NCBI GenBank assembly: GCA_964229335.1
Contig: CAXRCZ010000004.1
Location: 32,001 to 96,000 of the forward strand
DNA: 64,000 nt
Source of the DNA: Minisyncoccia bacterium
Lineage (GTDB): Bacteria; Patescibacteriota; Minisyncoccia; Phycocordibacterales; UBA918
Reading direction: 5' to 3'
Shown: positions 47,546 to 57,145 of the stretch, piece by piece
Layout of the letters: the number at the start of each line of letters is the position of its first letter
How positions within the stretch are numbered: position 1 is the first letter of the stretch
Notes under the pieces: model-generated
Database searches by the model: none
The model's input: only the letters and a program-made list of their open reading frames with translations
What the model was told of the DNA's origin: nothing
Program-made: the position numbers and the translations under genes

Positions 47546-48319
47546 TTATTCTAGCACTAGGATAGAAAACCTTTCGACGTTGTATTGATCGCTGTGGGTA
47601 GTGGCTTTGAATCCGTGCGCCGCGGCAATGGCGCCTATGTCGTTGGTTTGTTGCGGATCATGTTCAATCCAAAGCTGACCATCAGGTTCGAGATGGTATT
47701 TGGCTTCTGTAATAGTCTGAATAATTAACTCCAAACCTTTGTGTCCACCCATTAAAGCCAAGTGTGGCTCGAAGTCTTTAACAGAATCTTCAATTAAATG
47801 TAACTCAGGATCAACGTATGGAGGATTAGCAAAAATGAAGTGATACGACTGATCTTTGAAGGTGCTGAAGAGACTGCTCTGATTTACTACATATCGTTCT
47901 TCAGGAATCTTATTCTCATGTAGGTTTTTTTTGATTGTCGGTATATGTTCCTTGTCGATTTCACTAAAGTGACAAGTAGTCGCTTCGGTATTATGGAGGG
48001 TAGCTACTCCAACACAGCCCGAACCTGCGCATACATCCATCACACGAATTAATTCAGTTTCTTCGGTCAATAGGAGACCCTGTTTGCCACTTTGGTACTC
48101 TTTGATTTCCTGAATCGCTTTTTCTACCCAAAATTCTGTCTCTGGTCGTGGAATAAGCGGCCGAGAGTCGAGATGGATTGTGGTGTCCAAAAACGGAGTG
48201 TAACCAATGAGGTAAGCGAGCGGCTCACCAAGGGCGAGACGCTTGCAGTCGGCGAAAAAAGCATCGCTTTTTTCGCCGTGGTATTTCTCTCTTAATAAAG
48301 ATTCTACAGCTTGTTCCAT
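47546..48319 (-). CDS. prmC: Release factor glutamine methyltransferase (HemK/PrmC)
   Basis: GEPLAY, LIPRPETE, DVCAGSG, ANPPY, EPHLAL.GG..GL. Confidence 0.93.
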   Translation of the reverse strand: MEQAVESLLREKYHGEKSDAFFADCKRLALGEPLAYLIGYTPFLDTTIHLDSRPLIPRPETEFWVEKAIQEIKEYQSGKQGLLLTEETELIRVMDVCAGSGCVGVATLHNTEATTCHFSEIDKEHIPTIKKNLHENKIPEERYVVNQSSLFSTFKDQSYHFIFANPPYVDPELHLIEDSVKDFEPHLALMGGHKGLELIIQTITEAKYHLEPDGQLWIEHDPQQTNDIGAIAAAHGFKATTHSDQYNVERFSILVLE

Positions 48320-48372
48320 CTCTATAACTATGCGCGGAGATAAATTTTTGTCAATCTGTTATACTCCTCATT

Positions 48373-49125
48373 ATGTCAAAAATGGTGGAAATCCAGAATC
48401 TCACAAAAATCTACAGCAGCGGCAAGGATGCCAAGCTAGCCGTTGATAATGTCAGCCTCTCAATTGAAAAAGGAGCCTTCTACGGATTGCTTGGGCCTAA
48501 TGGGGCTGGAAAAAGTACCATTATTCATTGTCTCACCGGCATCGCTCAACCAACAGAAGGAACAATTACCATCGACGGGATAGATGTGGTAAAAGATTAC
48601 AAAGCCGCGAGACGGAAGGTCGGTCTTTCTCCGCAGGAATTCAATATCGATTTTTTTGCAAAAGTCGAAGACCTGCTTGATTACATGGGAGGCTACTACG
48701 GCATTCCTCGTGAACAGCGCCAGCAGCGCATTGATGAGCTCATAGCTCGATTTGATCTCGAAAAGCATCGCTCAGTAAAATTCCAAAAGTTGTCCGGTGG
48801 ACTAAAACGTCGCGCGATTTTGGCACGGGCTCTCATCCATACCCCTGAGCTCTTAATTCTTGACGAACCAACAGCTGGTGTTGATGTTGAGCAAAGACGT
48901 GATCTCTGGCAATACCTCAAAGAAATGAACGAATCAGGTAAGACGATAATTCTGACCTCACACTACTTAGAGGAGATTCAATACCTGTGTAAAGAAATTG
49001 CCATCATTAATAATGGCAAGATTATTGCTGATGGTACCAAAGAAGATTTTATGAAAGAGGGGAAGTCGGTCGAAGATACATATCTTGAGATTACCCGCCA
49101 AGCTGATAAAAAAGACGCCGTATGA
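48373..49125 (+). CDS. ABC-2 type transporter ATP-binding protein (YadG-like)
   Basis: GPNGAGKST, LSGG, ILDEPTAGVD, HYLEE. Confidence 0.93.
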   Translation: MSKMVEIQNLTKIYSSGKDAKLAVDNVSLSIEKGAFYGLLGPNGAGKSTIIHCLTGIAQPTEGTITIDGIDVVKDYKAARRKVGLSPQEFNIDFFAKVEDLLDYMGGYYGIPREQRQQRIDELIARFDLEKHRSVKFQKLSGGLKRRAILARALIHTPELLILDEPTAGVDVEQRRDLWQYLKEMNESGKTIILTSHYLEEIQYLCKEIAIINNGKIIADGTKEDFMKEGKSVEDTYLEITRQADKKDAV

Positions 49126-49889
49126 ACACAAACTGGATAGGTCTATACACAATGCTGCGCCGTGAGGTGAAGCGAACCATGCGCGTTGTAGTGCAAACCC
49201 TGGTAGCGCCAACTATTTCTGCTGCGCTTTACCTGTTTATTTTTGGGACGGTAATTGGTACAAAAATTGATGATTTTGCCGGGGTACCATATATCAGTTT
49301 TGTGTTTCCTGGGGTCTTGTTGTTGTCTATTATTAATGCTTCATTTGCGAGTGCTTCTTCAGCTCTTTATTTCATGCGCTTTACGCGGGGAATTGAGGAA
49401 ATTCTCATCACACCATTTTCATATCTGGAGATGCTGGTCGGTCTGGTCAGTAGTGCCGTGGCTCGAGCGGTGATGGTAGCCATTCTTATATTAGCTACTG
49501 GCTTCTTGTTCGGTGCCGTTTCGCTGGTTAATCCATTGGCATTTTTGTTGTATGTGGTTGCAGTGGCAGCCATTTTTGCGATGCTTGGCATTATCGTGGC
49601 TTTATGGGCAGAAGGGTTTGAGCAACTGCAGGTTCTTAATACCTTTGTCATCACTCCACTGACTTATCTAGGAGGTATCTTTTATTCGATTACGTTCTTA
49701 CCATCATTGGCTGCAGATATTACTAGACTCAATCCGTTCTTTTATTTCGCAGACGGCATTCGCTCCAGCATGATTGGCTACAGCGAGGCTAATAGTCTGG
49801 TTGGTGCCGGACTCACCTTTGTACTAGTTGTTGTGTTAGGAGCTATAGTCATCCAACTCTTCCGCAGTGGTTGGAAGATTAGAGCTTAG
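49122..49889 (+). CDS. ABC-2 type transporter permease (YadH-like)
   Basis: Six TM helices; QTL.AP.IS..LY..IFG, PLTYLGG.FYS, NPFFY; ATGA overlap with the ATPase gene. Confidence 0.9.
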   Translation: MNTNWIGLYTMLRREVKRTMRVVVQTLVAPTISAALYLFIFGTVIGTKIDDFAGVPYISFVFPGVLLLSIINASFASASSALYFMRFTRGIEEILITPFSYLEMLVGLVSSAVARAVMVAILILATGFLFGAVSLVNPLAFLLYVVAVAAIFAMLGIIVALWAEGFEQLQVLNTFVITPLTYLGGIFYSITFLPSLAADITRLNPFFYFADGIRSSMIGYSEANSLVGAGLTFVLVVVLGAIVIQLFRSGWKIRA

Positions 49890-49896
49890 TGTAAAC

Positions 49897-50499
49897 ATGA
49901 AAGGTAAGAATGTAATTTTAGATTTTGACGGAGTTATCGCTGACACGTTTAATTTTCACTACAGGAAGGTCAACGAAATATATAAAGTTAAGATTACTGA
50001 AGATGAATACCGAGCAGCATTTACAGGTAACATATATAGCCCTGAAAATAAAAAGTTGGCACACATTGATTATAAAGATTATCCAAAAAAGGTAGCGTTA
50101 GAACAAAGAGAGGTAGAGCCTTACCCAGAAGCAATTAGTTCGATTAATAAATTAAGTAAAGATTACAACTTACAAATGGTCTCGTCGGGCTGGGAAGAAC
50201 AAATTTTTCCGTTTTTAGAGAAGCATAATATCAAGGAAAAATTTTCCGAATTTTTATGTGCAGATCGCGGAACATCAAAGCATCAAAAACTAGAGACTCT
50301 AGTGGGTGAGAATGTTGAAAATTATATTTTTGTTACCGATACGGTTGGAGATGTCAAAGAGTCACGCTTGGCAGGGGTGCCAGTGATTGCAGTAACGTAT
50401 GGATATCATTCACAAGAAGATTTTAAAAACACTACTCCAGATTACTTTTCTGCATCATGGCAAGAAACCTGTTCTATAATCGAAGAATATTTTAAATAG
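49897..50499 (+). CDS. HAD-family hydrolase (phosphoglycolate phosphatase-like)
   Basis: LDFDGVIADT, VSS, K, TDTVGD, VTYGY. Confidence 0.88.
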   Translation: MKGKNVILDFDGVIADTFNFHYRKVNEIYKVKITEDEYRAAFTGNIYSPENKKLAHIDYKDYPKKVALEQREVEPYPEAISSINKLSKDYNLQMVSSGWEEQIFPFLEKHNIKEKFSEFLCADRGTSKHQKLETLVGENVENYIFVTDTVGDVKESRLAGVPVIAVTYGYHSQEDFKNTTPDYFSASWQETCSIIEEYFK

Positions 50500-50572
50500 G
50501 TTTACCAACAAAGCTACACTAAACAAACAACATGCTTTGATACAATAGTAGTATCATTAAATAGTTCTTTCT

Positions 50573-51574
50573 ATGAGTAAAAACACTAAACTATATGAAA
50601 CCACAGCTGCACTGTTAGCCTCCGGTAAAGGGATTTTGGCCGCTGATGAGAGTGACGGTACGGCTGGCAAGCGATTGGCTTCAGTCCGCCTTGAGAACAA
50701 TGAAGACAATAGGCGAGAGTTTAGAGAGCTTCTGTTTACTACTTCTGGTATTGAAAAGCATCTCTCTGGCGTAATTTTGTATGACTCAACCATCAAAGGC
50801 GAAACCAGTGATGGCATTCCGTTCGCTGACCTACTGACCGCGAAAGGTATCGTTCCGGGTATCAAAGTAGACAAAGGTACTCGCGACCTACAAGGGTTTA
50901 AAGGTGAGATGGTAACGCAAGGATTGGATGATTTGGATAAGCGTTGCTCAGAGTACTATGATATGGGTGCGCGTTTTGCCAAGTGGCGAGCGGTAATAAA
51001 AATCGACGAAGACGAAACTCCTACCTATGAAGCGGTCAAAATGAACTGCCTCATGATGACGCGCTACGCGCAAATTGCTCAAGCTGCTGGACTGGTGCCA
51101 ATAGTCGAACCGGAAGTCCTTTTTGACGGGGATCATACGCTTGAAAAGGCCGAACTCGAAACCACCCGCACATTGCAGATACTATTCCAAACTCTACAAG
51201 AGTACCGAGTTGACCTCTCAGGCTTGATTCTCAAGTCATCAATGGTACTAGCCGGCAAGCAAAACCAGTCACAGACTTCACCTGAAGAAGTGGCGCAGGC
51301 TACTCTCCGCACTTTCCATATGTCAGTACCACATCAAGTAGCCGGCATTGTATTTCTATCTGGTGGACAGACGCCACAACAAGCTACTGCCAATCTAAAC
51401 GCGATTAACAAACTCGGTAGCCAACCATGGCCACTCACATATTCATTCTCACGAGCGATTGAAGAACCGTTCTTGAATGCGTGGGGAGGTAAGTATGAAA
51501 ACACTGACAAAGCCCAAGAAGCATTATTGCAAGCAATCCAGCAAAATAGTTTAGCTGCTGAAGGAAAGCTTTAG
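50573..51574 (+). CDS. Fructose-bisphosphate aldolase class I
   Basis: GKGILAADES, PGIKVDKG, FAKWR, PIVEPEV, Schiff-base Lys (ILKSSMV), FLSGGQ. Confidence 0.95.
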   Translation: MSKNTKLYETTAALLASGKGILAADESDGTAGKRLASVRLENNEDNRREFRELLFTTSGIEKHLSGVILYDSTIKGETSDGIPFADLLTAKGIVPGIKVDKGTRDLQGFKGEMVTQGLDDLDKRCSEYYDMGARFAKWRAVIKIDEDETPTYEAVKMNCLMMTRYAQIAQAAGLVPIVEPEVLFDGDHTLEKAELETTRTLQILFQTLQEYRVDLSGLILKSSMVLAGKQNQSQTSPEEVAQATLRTFHMSVPHQVAGIVFLSGGQTPQQATANLNAINKLGSQPWPLTYSFSRAIEEPFLNAWGGKYENTDKAQEALLQAIQQNSLAAEGKL

Positions 51575-51575
51575 A

Positions 51576-51615
51576 CAATATCAAAACGACCGCACTTGCG
51601 GTCGTTTTGATATTG
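51576..51615. terminator. Bidirectional terminator (19-bp perfect inverted repeat)
   Basis: caatatcaaaacgaccgca-ct-tgcggtcgttttgatattg. Confidence 0.85.
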
Positions 51616-51654
51616 CGGGCGGAAAGTAAACAAGAAGCCCTAACGGGCTAATGT

Positions 51655-51834
51655 TTACTTCTTTTGCTTGTAGACAGTATGAGTCTTGGCAATTGGGTTG
51701 AATTTCTTCACCTCGTATTTTTTGCTTGGATCCTTTTTGTTCTTGTTGTTGTAGCGCGTGTAATACACGTGGCCTTTACCAACGCCATTTTCGTCGCCTT
51801 GAGATACAAGTTTGATTAATAGGTCTTGTGACAT
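51655..51834 (-). CDS. rpmG: 50S ribosomal protein L33, Zn-free type (59 aa; absent from the ORF track)
   Basis: Own translation: MSQDLLIKLVSQGDENGVGKGHVYYTRYNNKNKKDPSKKYEVKKFNPIAKTHTVYKQKK; IKL.S..G.GH.Y.T..N..K..KKF.P..H..Y pattern. Confidence 0.9.
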   Translation of the reverse strand: MSQDLLIKLVSQGDENGVGKGHVYYTRYNNKNKKDPSKKYEVKKFNPIAKTHTVYKQKK

Positions 51835-51923
51835 GATGGCGAGATTTTACCAAAACCCCAATAAAAGTCAATCAAAATGGCTCCGCGCGAAGCGCGGAGC
51901 CATCAATACTTTCAGCAGGCACT

Positions 51924-52559
51924 TTACTTGCGGCGAACGAACACCCAGCTGTCATGTTCATTGTACGGTAGACCATGTCTACCGTTGCGCCACGAGAGAG
52001 CGGTACCTTCTTCGAGTTTCAAAAACGTGAAAATGCTGGGACGTTTCTCGTTTCCGTTTTGGATTAAGACCGGTTCCATTCCCACGAATAAGTTATCAGG
52101 CAAATTAATTTGTCCAGATTGCTGTAGCAAAAGCTGTAGAGCAACCTCCGCAGGGCATAGTAGGAGACCATGAAGTTGTGCAGCAAGGTAAATTTCTCCC
52201 CTGGTTGCTTCGGGTTTCAACCCTAATTCCTCGACTGTCACAAGCGCCAAATCAAGAGATGATTCCGTCCTTTCATACTTCATTCGTTCAATAATGAGCA
52301 TAGCCCACGATAAGACTTTAACGTGGGCGCTCTCGATTCGCTCTTGGGCAGTCGTGGTATCGCCGAGATTTCCGATCGTGACATGTGTCCAAGTCGGGAA
52401 ACTGGTCTCGCATGGCGGGCAAAGTACCTCGGCTAATACTTTACGCAACGCCTTGGGGCTTTCGATCCAGCCCTGCATCACTAAAGCTGGTATTTCGGGC
52501 ATAGAATCGGCAATAGTAGCGATGAAACGAGCAGTTTGCTTATGATAGGTCTTCGACAT
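51924..52559 (-). CDS. Hypothetical protein (uncharacterised family with LCPAEV motif)
   Basis: AGGAG SD before ATG 52559; V.ELG...AT..EIY..A...GL.LCPAEV..QL..Q..MEP..W..WVFVR. Confidence 0.7.
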   Translation of the reverse strand: MSKTYHKQTARFIATIADSMPEIPALVMQGWIESPKALRKVLAEVLCPPCETSFPTWTHVTIGNLGDTTTAQERIESAHVKVLSWAMLIIERMKYERTESSLDLALVTVEELGLKPEATRGEIYLAAQLHGLLLCPAEVALQLLLQQSGQINLPDNLFVGMEPVLIQNGNEKRPSIFTFLKLEEGTALSWRNGRHGLPYNEHDSWVFVRRK

Positions 52560-52654
52560 TTGTCGTTTTCTCCTATGTATATTTGGGAACGCAAAATTAC
52601 GTGTCCAAGATACTTTTACCATAAAATATTGAAATATCAACAGTATAGACTATC

Positions 52655-53467
52655 TCAATACTCCTTTAACCATTTTGAGCTGTTCTGTTCATACCGTCCG
52701 ATTTTTGTACGAGCAATGTGCCACGCTAGACCTGTGGTGCTGCATCGCTCTGCTATCAAACTAGCTAGACTGCGCATGTAAGTTCCTGAAGAAGCAATAC
52801 ACCGAAAAGTTGCTATTTGATAAGTATCGGGCAAGGATGCGTTGTCGGATATCGCTTGCCAGTCAGGGCGGATGGCTGGGCGACGAAAATCATTACCAAG
52901 CGCTTTATTGGGGTCAGTGACTGGGGGAATGGTGTCAATTTTCTTGAGAGCAGTGGCTACCATGTCTGATTTAGATATCTCAGTTATTGAGCAAAACTCT
53001 AATTCATATACGGTACTAGTGATGGTTGGAATCTCGATTTCATCAAGCCTACCTTCAAGGGTCCAGGTATGCAGAGGCTTGCCTTGAACAGTTTTGGATG
53101 AGAATCGTGGGTAGGGTAGAGTCAAAGTGCCAGTGAGGGTGCTAGCGACTTCTTCCAAGGCAGCAGTTGAAATAGATTCTAAGGCCATCTCGCTACCGAT
53201 AGTGAGTCGTCCTAAGACATCGCCACTATCAGAACTAATACCGAATAATATTGAAAATTCGTATTCTTTGTCTAAGTCATGATATTCAGTTTGGCGTTTA
53301 CACTCATCGCCAATGAGTACTAATAGTTTGCCTGATGCCATCGGATCGAGTCTGCCGGCGTACGCCAAAGGAGCAGCGTTGTATTCTGGATGCTGGGCAC
53401 GCCACTTCTCAGCTGCTACAAGGGGAGTCTCGCCAACAGATTTTTCTATTGTTACAAACTGCAGCAT
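52655..53467 (-). CDS. truB: tRNA pseudouridine(55) synthase-like protein (no PUA domain)
   Basis: K..GETP, YAGRLDPMASG, KEY, DSGDVLG, PRFSS..V.G..L, SSGTYMRSL. Confidence 0.85.
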   Translation of the reverse strand: MLQFVTIEKSVGETPLVAAEKWRAQHPEYNAAPLAYAGRLDPMASGKLLVLIGDECKRQTEYHDLDKEYEFSILFGISSDSGDVLGRLTIGSEMALESISTAALEEVASTLTGTLTLPYPRFSSKTVQGKPLHTWTLEGRLDEIEIPTITSTVYELEFCSITEISKSDMVATALKKIDTIPPVTDPNKALGNDFRRPAIRPDWQAISDNASLPDTYQIATFRCIASSGTYMRSLASLIAERCSTTGLAWHIARTKIGRYEQNSSKWLKEY

Positions 53468-53470
53468 GGT

Positions 53471-53554
53471 TTAACCAAGAGGATTGCCGCCGAGGTAGCT
53501 ATTTAAGATGAGTAGGAGTATAAATCCGCCAATTATCAAAAAAAGTATCTTCAT
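53471..53554 (-). CDS. Putative 27-aa single-TM small protein (absent from the ORF track)
   Basis: MKILFLIIGGFILLLILNSYLGGNPLG; TGCTATACT 6 nt before ATG; stop 3 nt before the truB ATG. Confidence 0.6.
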   Translation of the reverse strand: MKILFLIIGGFILLLILNSYLGGNPLG

Positions 53555-53605
53555 GCGGATAGTATAGCAAACTGAAAGAATGACGTATTATCAAGAGCTA
53601 TTTTC

Positions 53606-53723
53606 TTGACTCAACACTGTAACGTAGTAGTATTCAGTCGCATATACTCTGCTCAATTGATTGGCATTAGTGTGTGCACTCGGCAGCCAACAGTATCTCC
53701 AGAAAAATCAGCTGCCGATTTTT
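53606..53723 (+). promoter_or_regulatory. Promoter and structured leader of the V/A-ATPase operon
   Basis: TTGACT-16-TAGTAT (53606-53633); hairpin gcatatact/agtgtgtgc; tcggcagc/gctgccga followed by ttttt. Confidence 0.45.
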
Positions 53724-53749
53724 ACTTTTAAGTATTACGCCACAATTAT

Positions 53750-54052
53750 ATGAATGCTCTCGAAGCTGTAATGAAAGCTGAGGCCGAAGCTAAAGCGTCT
53801 ATAGAAAAAGCCCATAATGCTGCTGCTGAAGCGGTATTAGAGGCTAAAAAAGCGCAAAAAAAAGCTCTTTCTGACACCGCAGAGGAAACTGCAGAGGCTG
53901 GTAAAAAAGCCGTTGATAACGCTGTTGCTGAACTAAGTAGTACGCTTGAAGCGATTGAAAAAGACGCAAACCAACGAGCTGCTACCATTGATGACATGGT
54001 CTCCACTAAAAAAACAGCCTTGGTAGACGCTGTGGTTAAGCAAATCCTGTAA
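53750..54052 (+). CDS. V/A-type ATPase peripheral stalk subunit H/G
   Basis: Ala/Glu/Lys coiled coil (AEAEA..IE.A...A); first gene of the operon. Confidence 0.75.
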   Translation: MNALEAVMKAEAEAKASIEKAHNAAAEAVLEAKKAQKKALSDTAEETAEAGKKAVDNAVAELSSTLEAIEKDANQRAATIDDMVSTKKTALVDAVVKQIL

Positions 54053-54057
54053 TCCTC

Positions 54058-56034
54058 ATGGCGGTTGTTCCAATGCAAAAAATCCGTGTACTGATTCACT
54101 CGACTGATGTCGAAGGGGTCCTTACTGTATTACAAAAGTATGGTGCGCTTGAGGTTAGAGAAACTAATATCCCTGACACCACACGGGTAGAGAGTGAAGC
54201 ACCGCACGTGGCGCTGCTATCACGGATTCAGCACGCTGCAGGTTTTTTAGGTGAGTATGAAGCGAAGCGTTCGCTGCTTCGTAAACTACGCGAGGGTAAT
54301 ACTCAAGATTTGAATGAAACTGAGTTGCGTGAACGGGCTACTGACTCCGATGTTTTAACTACTATCGTTACTGAAATCGAAACTCTACAGCAAGAGCTAG
54401 CAACTAAAACAGAGATTGTTAATCAGCTCGAAGAAAAAATCACCGTCTTAGAACAGTGGCGTGAACTCCCGTATCGCCTTTCAGAATTAAAGACAGAGAA
54501 TACCTATACCACGCTAGTGACTCTCCCTACTACGAAAAAAATTACTGCTGCCGACATCACCCAAGCGCTAGACGACTCGCTAGAAGGAGCGGCTGATCAC
54601 ACTTTTTATACACAAATTGATAGTCACCACGTAGCAATTACTGCTGAGAAAAGTATCGAAACTAGCAAAATCAGTAGTGTAGTCGAGGCTTTGGATGGAG
54701 TGGTGGTAGAAAATCTTCCTTCTGAGGGAGAAACTCCGGCGGTAGAACTAATTGCTGCCCAAGAAGCGTTAGCAAAAGAAAAGAGTGAAGTGGCAGTATT
54801 ACATGACCAAGCTGCGTATCTAGCTAATCAACACTTAGCCACATTACGTGTGAGCGGAGAGTTATATACCTGGGAAAAGGAACGGTATGCAGCGCTTGAA
54901 ACTGCCAGTACGACAGATTCGATAACGGTGTTAGAAGGGTGGATGAATCAAAACAAGCGCGGACCAGTCGAGGTCGAGCTACAATCAGCCAACCTGACAG
55001 CTGTTATTGAAAACATCGAATCTATCGACGGCGAGGTGCCACCAGTAGAAATTGAAAACAACCGCTTCATTCAACCGTTCGAAATCGTTACCCGACTATA
55101 CGGAATGCCGGGTCACCGAGACCTTGACCCAACTGTATTTTTGGCCGGTTTCTTCTTCCTATTTTTTGGTCTGTCATTGACTGATGTGGGGTACGGAATC
55201 TTCTTGATGGTTTCAGCTGCGATTGTATTACTCTTCTTCAAGGTGGCAGATCCAGTACGAATGTTTGCCAAACTATTATTCTTCATGGGATTAGCAGCGG
55301 TGTTGGTAGGGATTGTATTTGGGAGTTACTTTGGAATTGAGTCGCAGTACTTGCCTGAACCGCTACAACGACTAGCACAGTTTGATCCAATCGGTGATCC
55401 GTTACCAGTCTTCTACATGGCCTTAGCATTCGGAGTGCTGCAAGTGATGGTTGGAATGATTCTCAAGATTGTCAGTGAAGCCAAAAACGGCAATTTACTA
55501 GGTGGAGCACTCGACCAAGGGCCGTGGTTGCTGATGTTTGTGCTCTTAATTACCTATCTTGGTGTATCCACCGGCTTTATTCAATTCTTAAATTCAGCCC
55601 AAGTGCTCAACTTAATCTATGTTGATATTGGCTTAATTGTCTTGGCTAGTGGTCGTCATGGAAAGACAATCTTAGAAAAAATTCAAAAGAGTGCACTCAG
55701 TCTATACGACAGCATTGGTTATTTCTCAGATATTCTTTCGTACTCACGATTGCTAGCACTTGGACTCGCTACCACTGCACTTGCGTTTGCGGTTAATCTA
55801 ATTGCTGATATTGTGCGAGAGTCAGTTCCGTATCTAGGAGTAGTACTGGCGGTACTCGTGCTCATTGTTGGACACATGTTCACTCTGGCGGTCAACACTC
55901 TTGGCGCTTTTATTCACAGCGCCCGTCTACAATTCGTGGAATTCTTCGGCAAATTTATTGCCGAATCAGGTCAAGAATTTAAACCGCTTAAACGCTCTTC
56001 TCAATATATAAAAGTCACGTCCGATGGGCCGTGA
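54058..56034 (+). CDS. atpI: V/A-type ATPase subunit I (a; NtpI)
   Basis: YGMP...LDPT, DVGYG, SDILSYSRLLALGL, HSARLQFVEFFGKF. Confidence 0.95.
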   Translation: MAVVPMQKIRVLIHSTDVEGVLTVLQKYGALEVRETNIPDTTRVESEAPHVALLSRIQHAAGFLGEYEAKRSLLRKLREGNTQDLNETELRERATDSDVLTTIVTEIETLQQELATKTEIVNQLEEKITVLEQWRELPYRLSELKTENTYTTLVTLPTTKKITAADITQALDDSLEGAADHTFYTQIDSHHVAITAEKSIETSKISSVVEALDGVVVENLPSEGETPAVELIAAQEALAKEKSEVAVLHDQAAYLANQHLATLRVSGELYTWEKERYAALETASTTDSITVLEGWMNQNKRGPVEVELQSANLTAVIENIESIDGEVPPVEIENNRFIQPFEIVTRLYGMPGHRDLDPTVFLAGFFFLFFGLSLTDVGYGIFLMVSAAIVLLFFKVADPVRMFAKLLFFMGLAAVLVGIVFGSYFGIESQYLPEPLQRLAQFDPIGDPLPVFYMALAFGVLQVMVGMILKIVSEAKNGNLLGGALDQGPWLLMFVLLITYLGVSTGFIQFLNSAQVLNLIYVDIGLIVLASGRHGKTILEKIQKSALSLYDSIGYFSDILSYSRLLALGLATTALAFAVNLIADIVRESVPYLGVVLAVLVLIVGHMFTLAVNTLGAFIHSARLQFVEFFGKFIAESGQEFKPLKRSSQYIKVTSDGP

Positions 56035-56052
56035 ACAGTTGATTAGCTGTGA

Positions 56053-56553
<501 letters not shown>

Positions 56554-56566
56554 ACTTTATTCTGAC

Positions 56567-57136
56567 ATGTCACAAGAATCCTTGATAAATAAAATAGCAG
56601 CCGACGCAAACAAAGAGATTGAAGCAATCGAGGCTAAGGCTGCGGCCGATGTACAAGCCATCGAAGAAGCAACTGCTGCCGAAGTCAAAGCGCTCAAGGA
56701 TGCTGCGGCAGTGTCGACGGAGAAAGAGAAGAATCATCAAACTCTAGTGCTGACTTCAAAGGCTACTCAAGCTGGCAATATTAAAGTCCAGTCAGCCAAA
56801 CGAGCAGCTATTGAAACAGTGCTAAGCGGGGCGTACCAACAATTGGTAGCACTACCGAGCGATGAGTACGTAGCGTTCTTTACCAAAGAAGTCCAATCCG
56901 CTATTGAGAGTGGAGTTGAGGTAGTCGAAGTAGAAGCTCCAGCTAACCGTGAAGCTGAAACCAAGAAAATCTTGACCAGTATTCACGAGCGAGCCACTTT
57001 CACTTCATCAACCACAATTGATGCCGGGTTAATTCTTCACACCAACGACGGTGTGTACGACCTCACTTTGAAGCGATTATTTACTGAAAAGGAAGCTTCG
57101 CTAGAGGGATTAATTGTTAGTCAGCTGGGTGTATAA
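56567..57136 (+). CDS. atpE: V/A-type ATPase subunit E
   Basis: N-terminal coiled coil, C-terminal AGLIL...YDLT; operon position. Confidence 0.85.
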   Translation: MSQESLINKIAADANKEIEAIEAKAAADVQAIEEATAAEVKALKDAAAVSTEKEKNHQTLVLTSKATQAGNIKVQSAKRAAIETVLSGAYQQLVALPSDEYVAFFTKEVQSAIESGVEVVEVEAPANREAETKKILTSIHERATFTSSTTIDAGLILHTNDGVYDLTLKRLFTEKEASLEGLIVSQLGV

Positions 57137-57145
57137 ACAAGTCAT

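Noticed and set aside
50573-51574. Eukaryote-like class I aldolase as a novelty
   Set aside because: This class is already known from many bacteria
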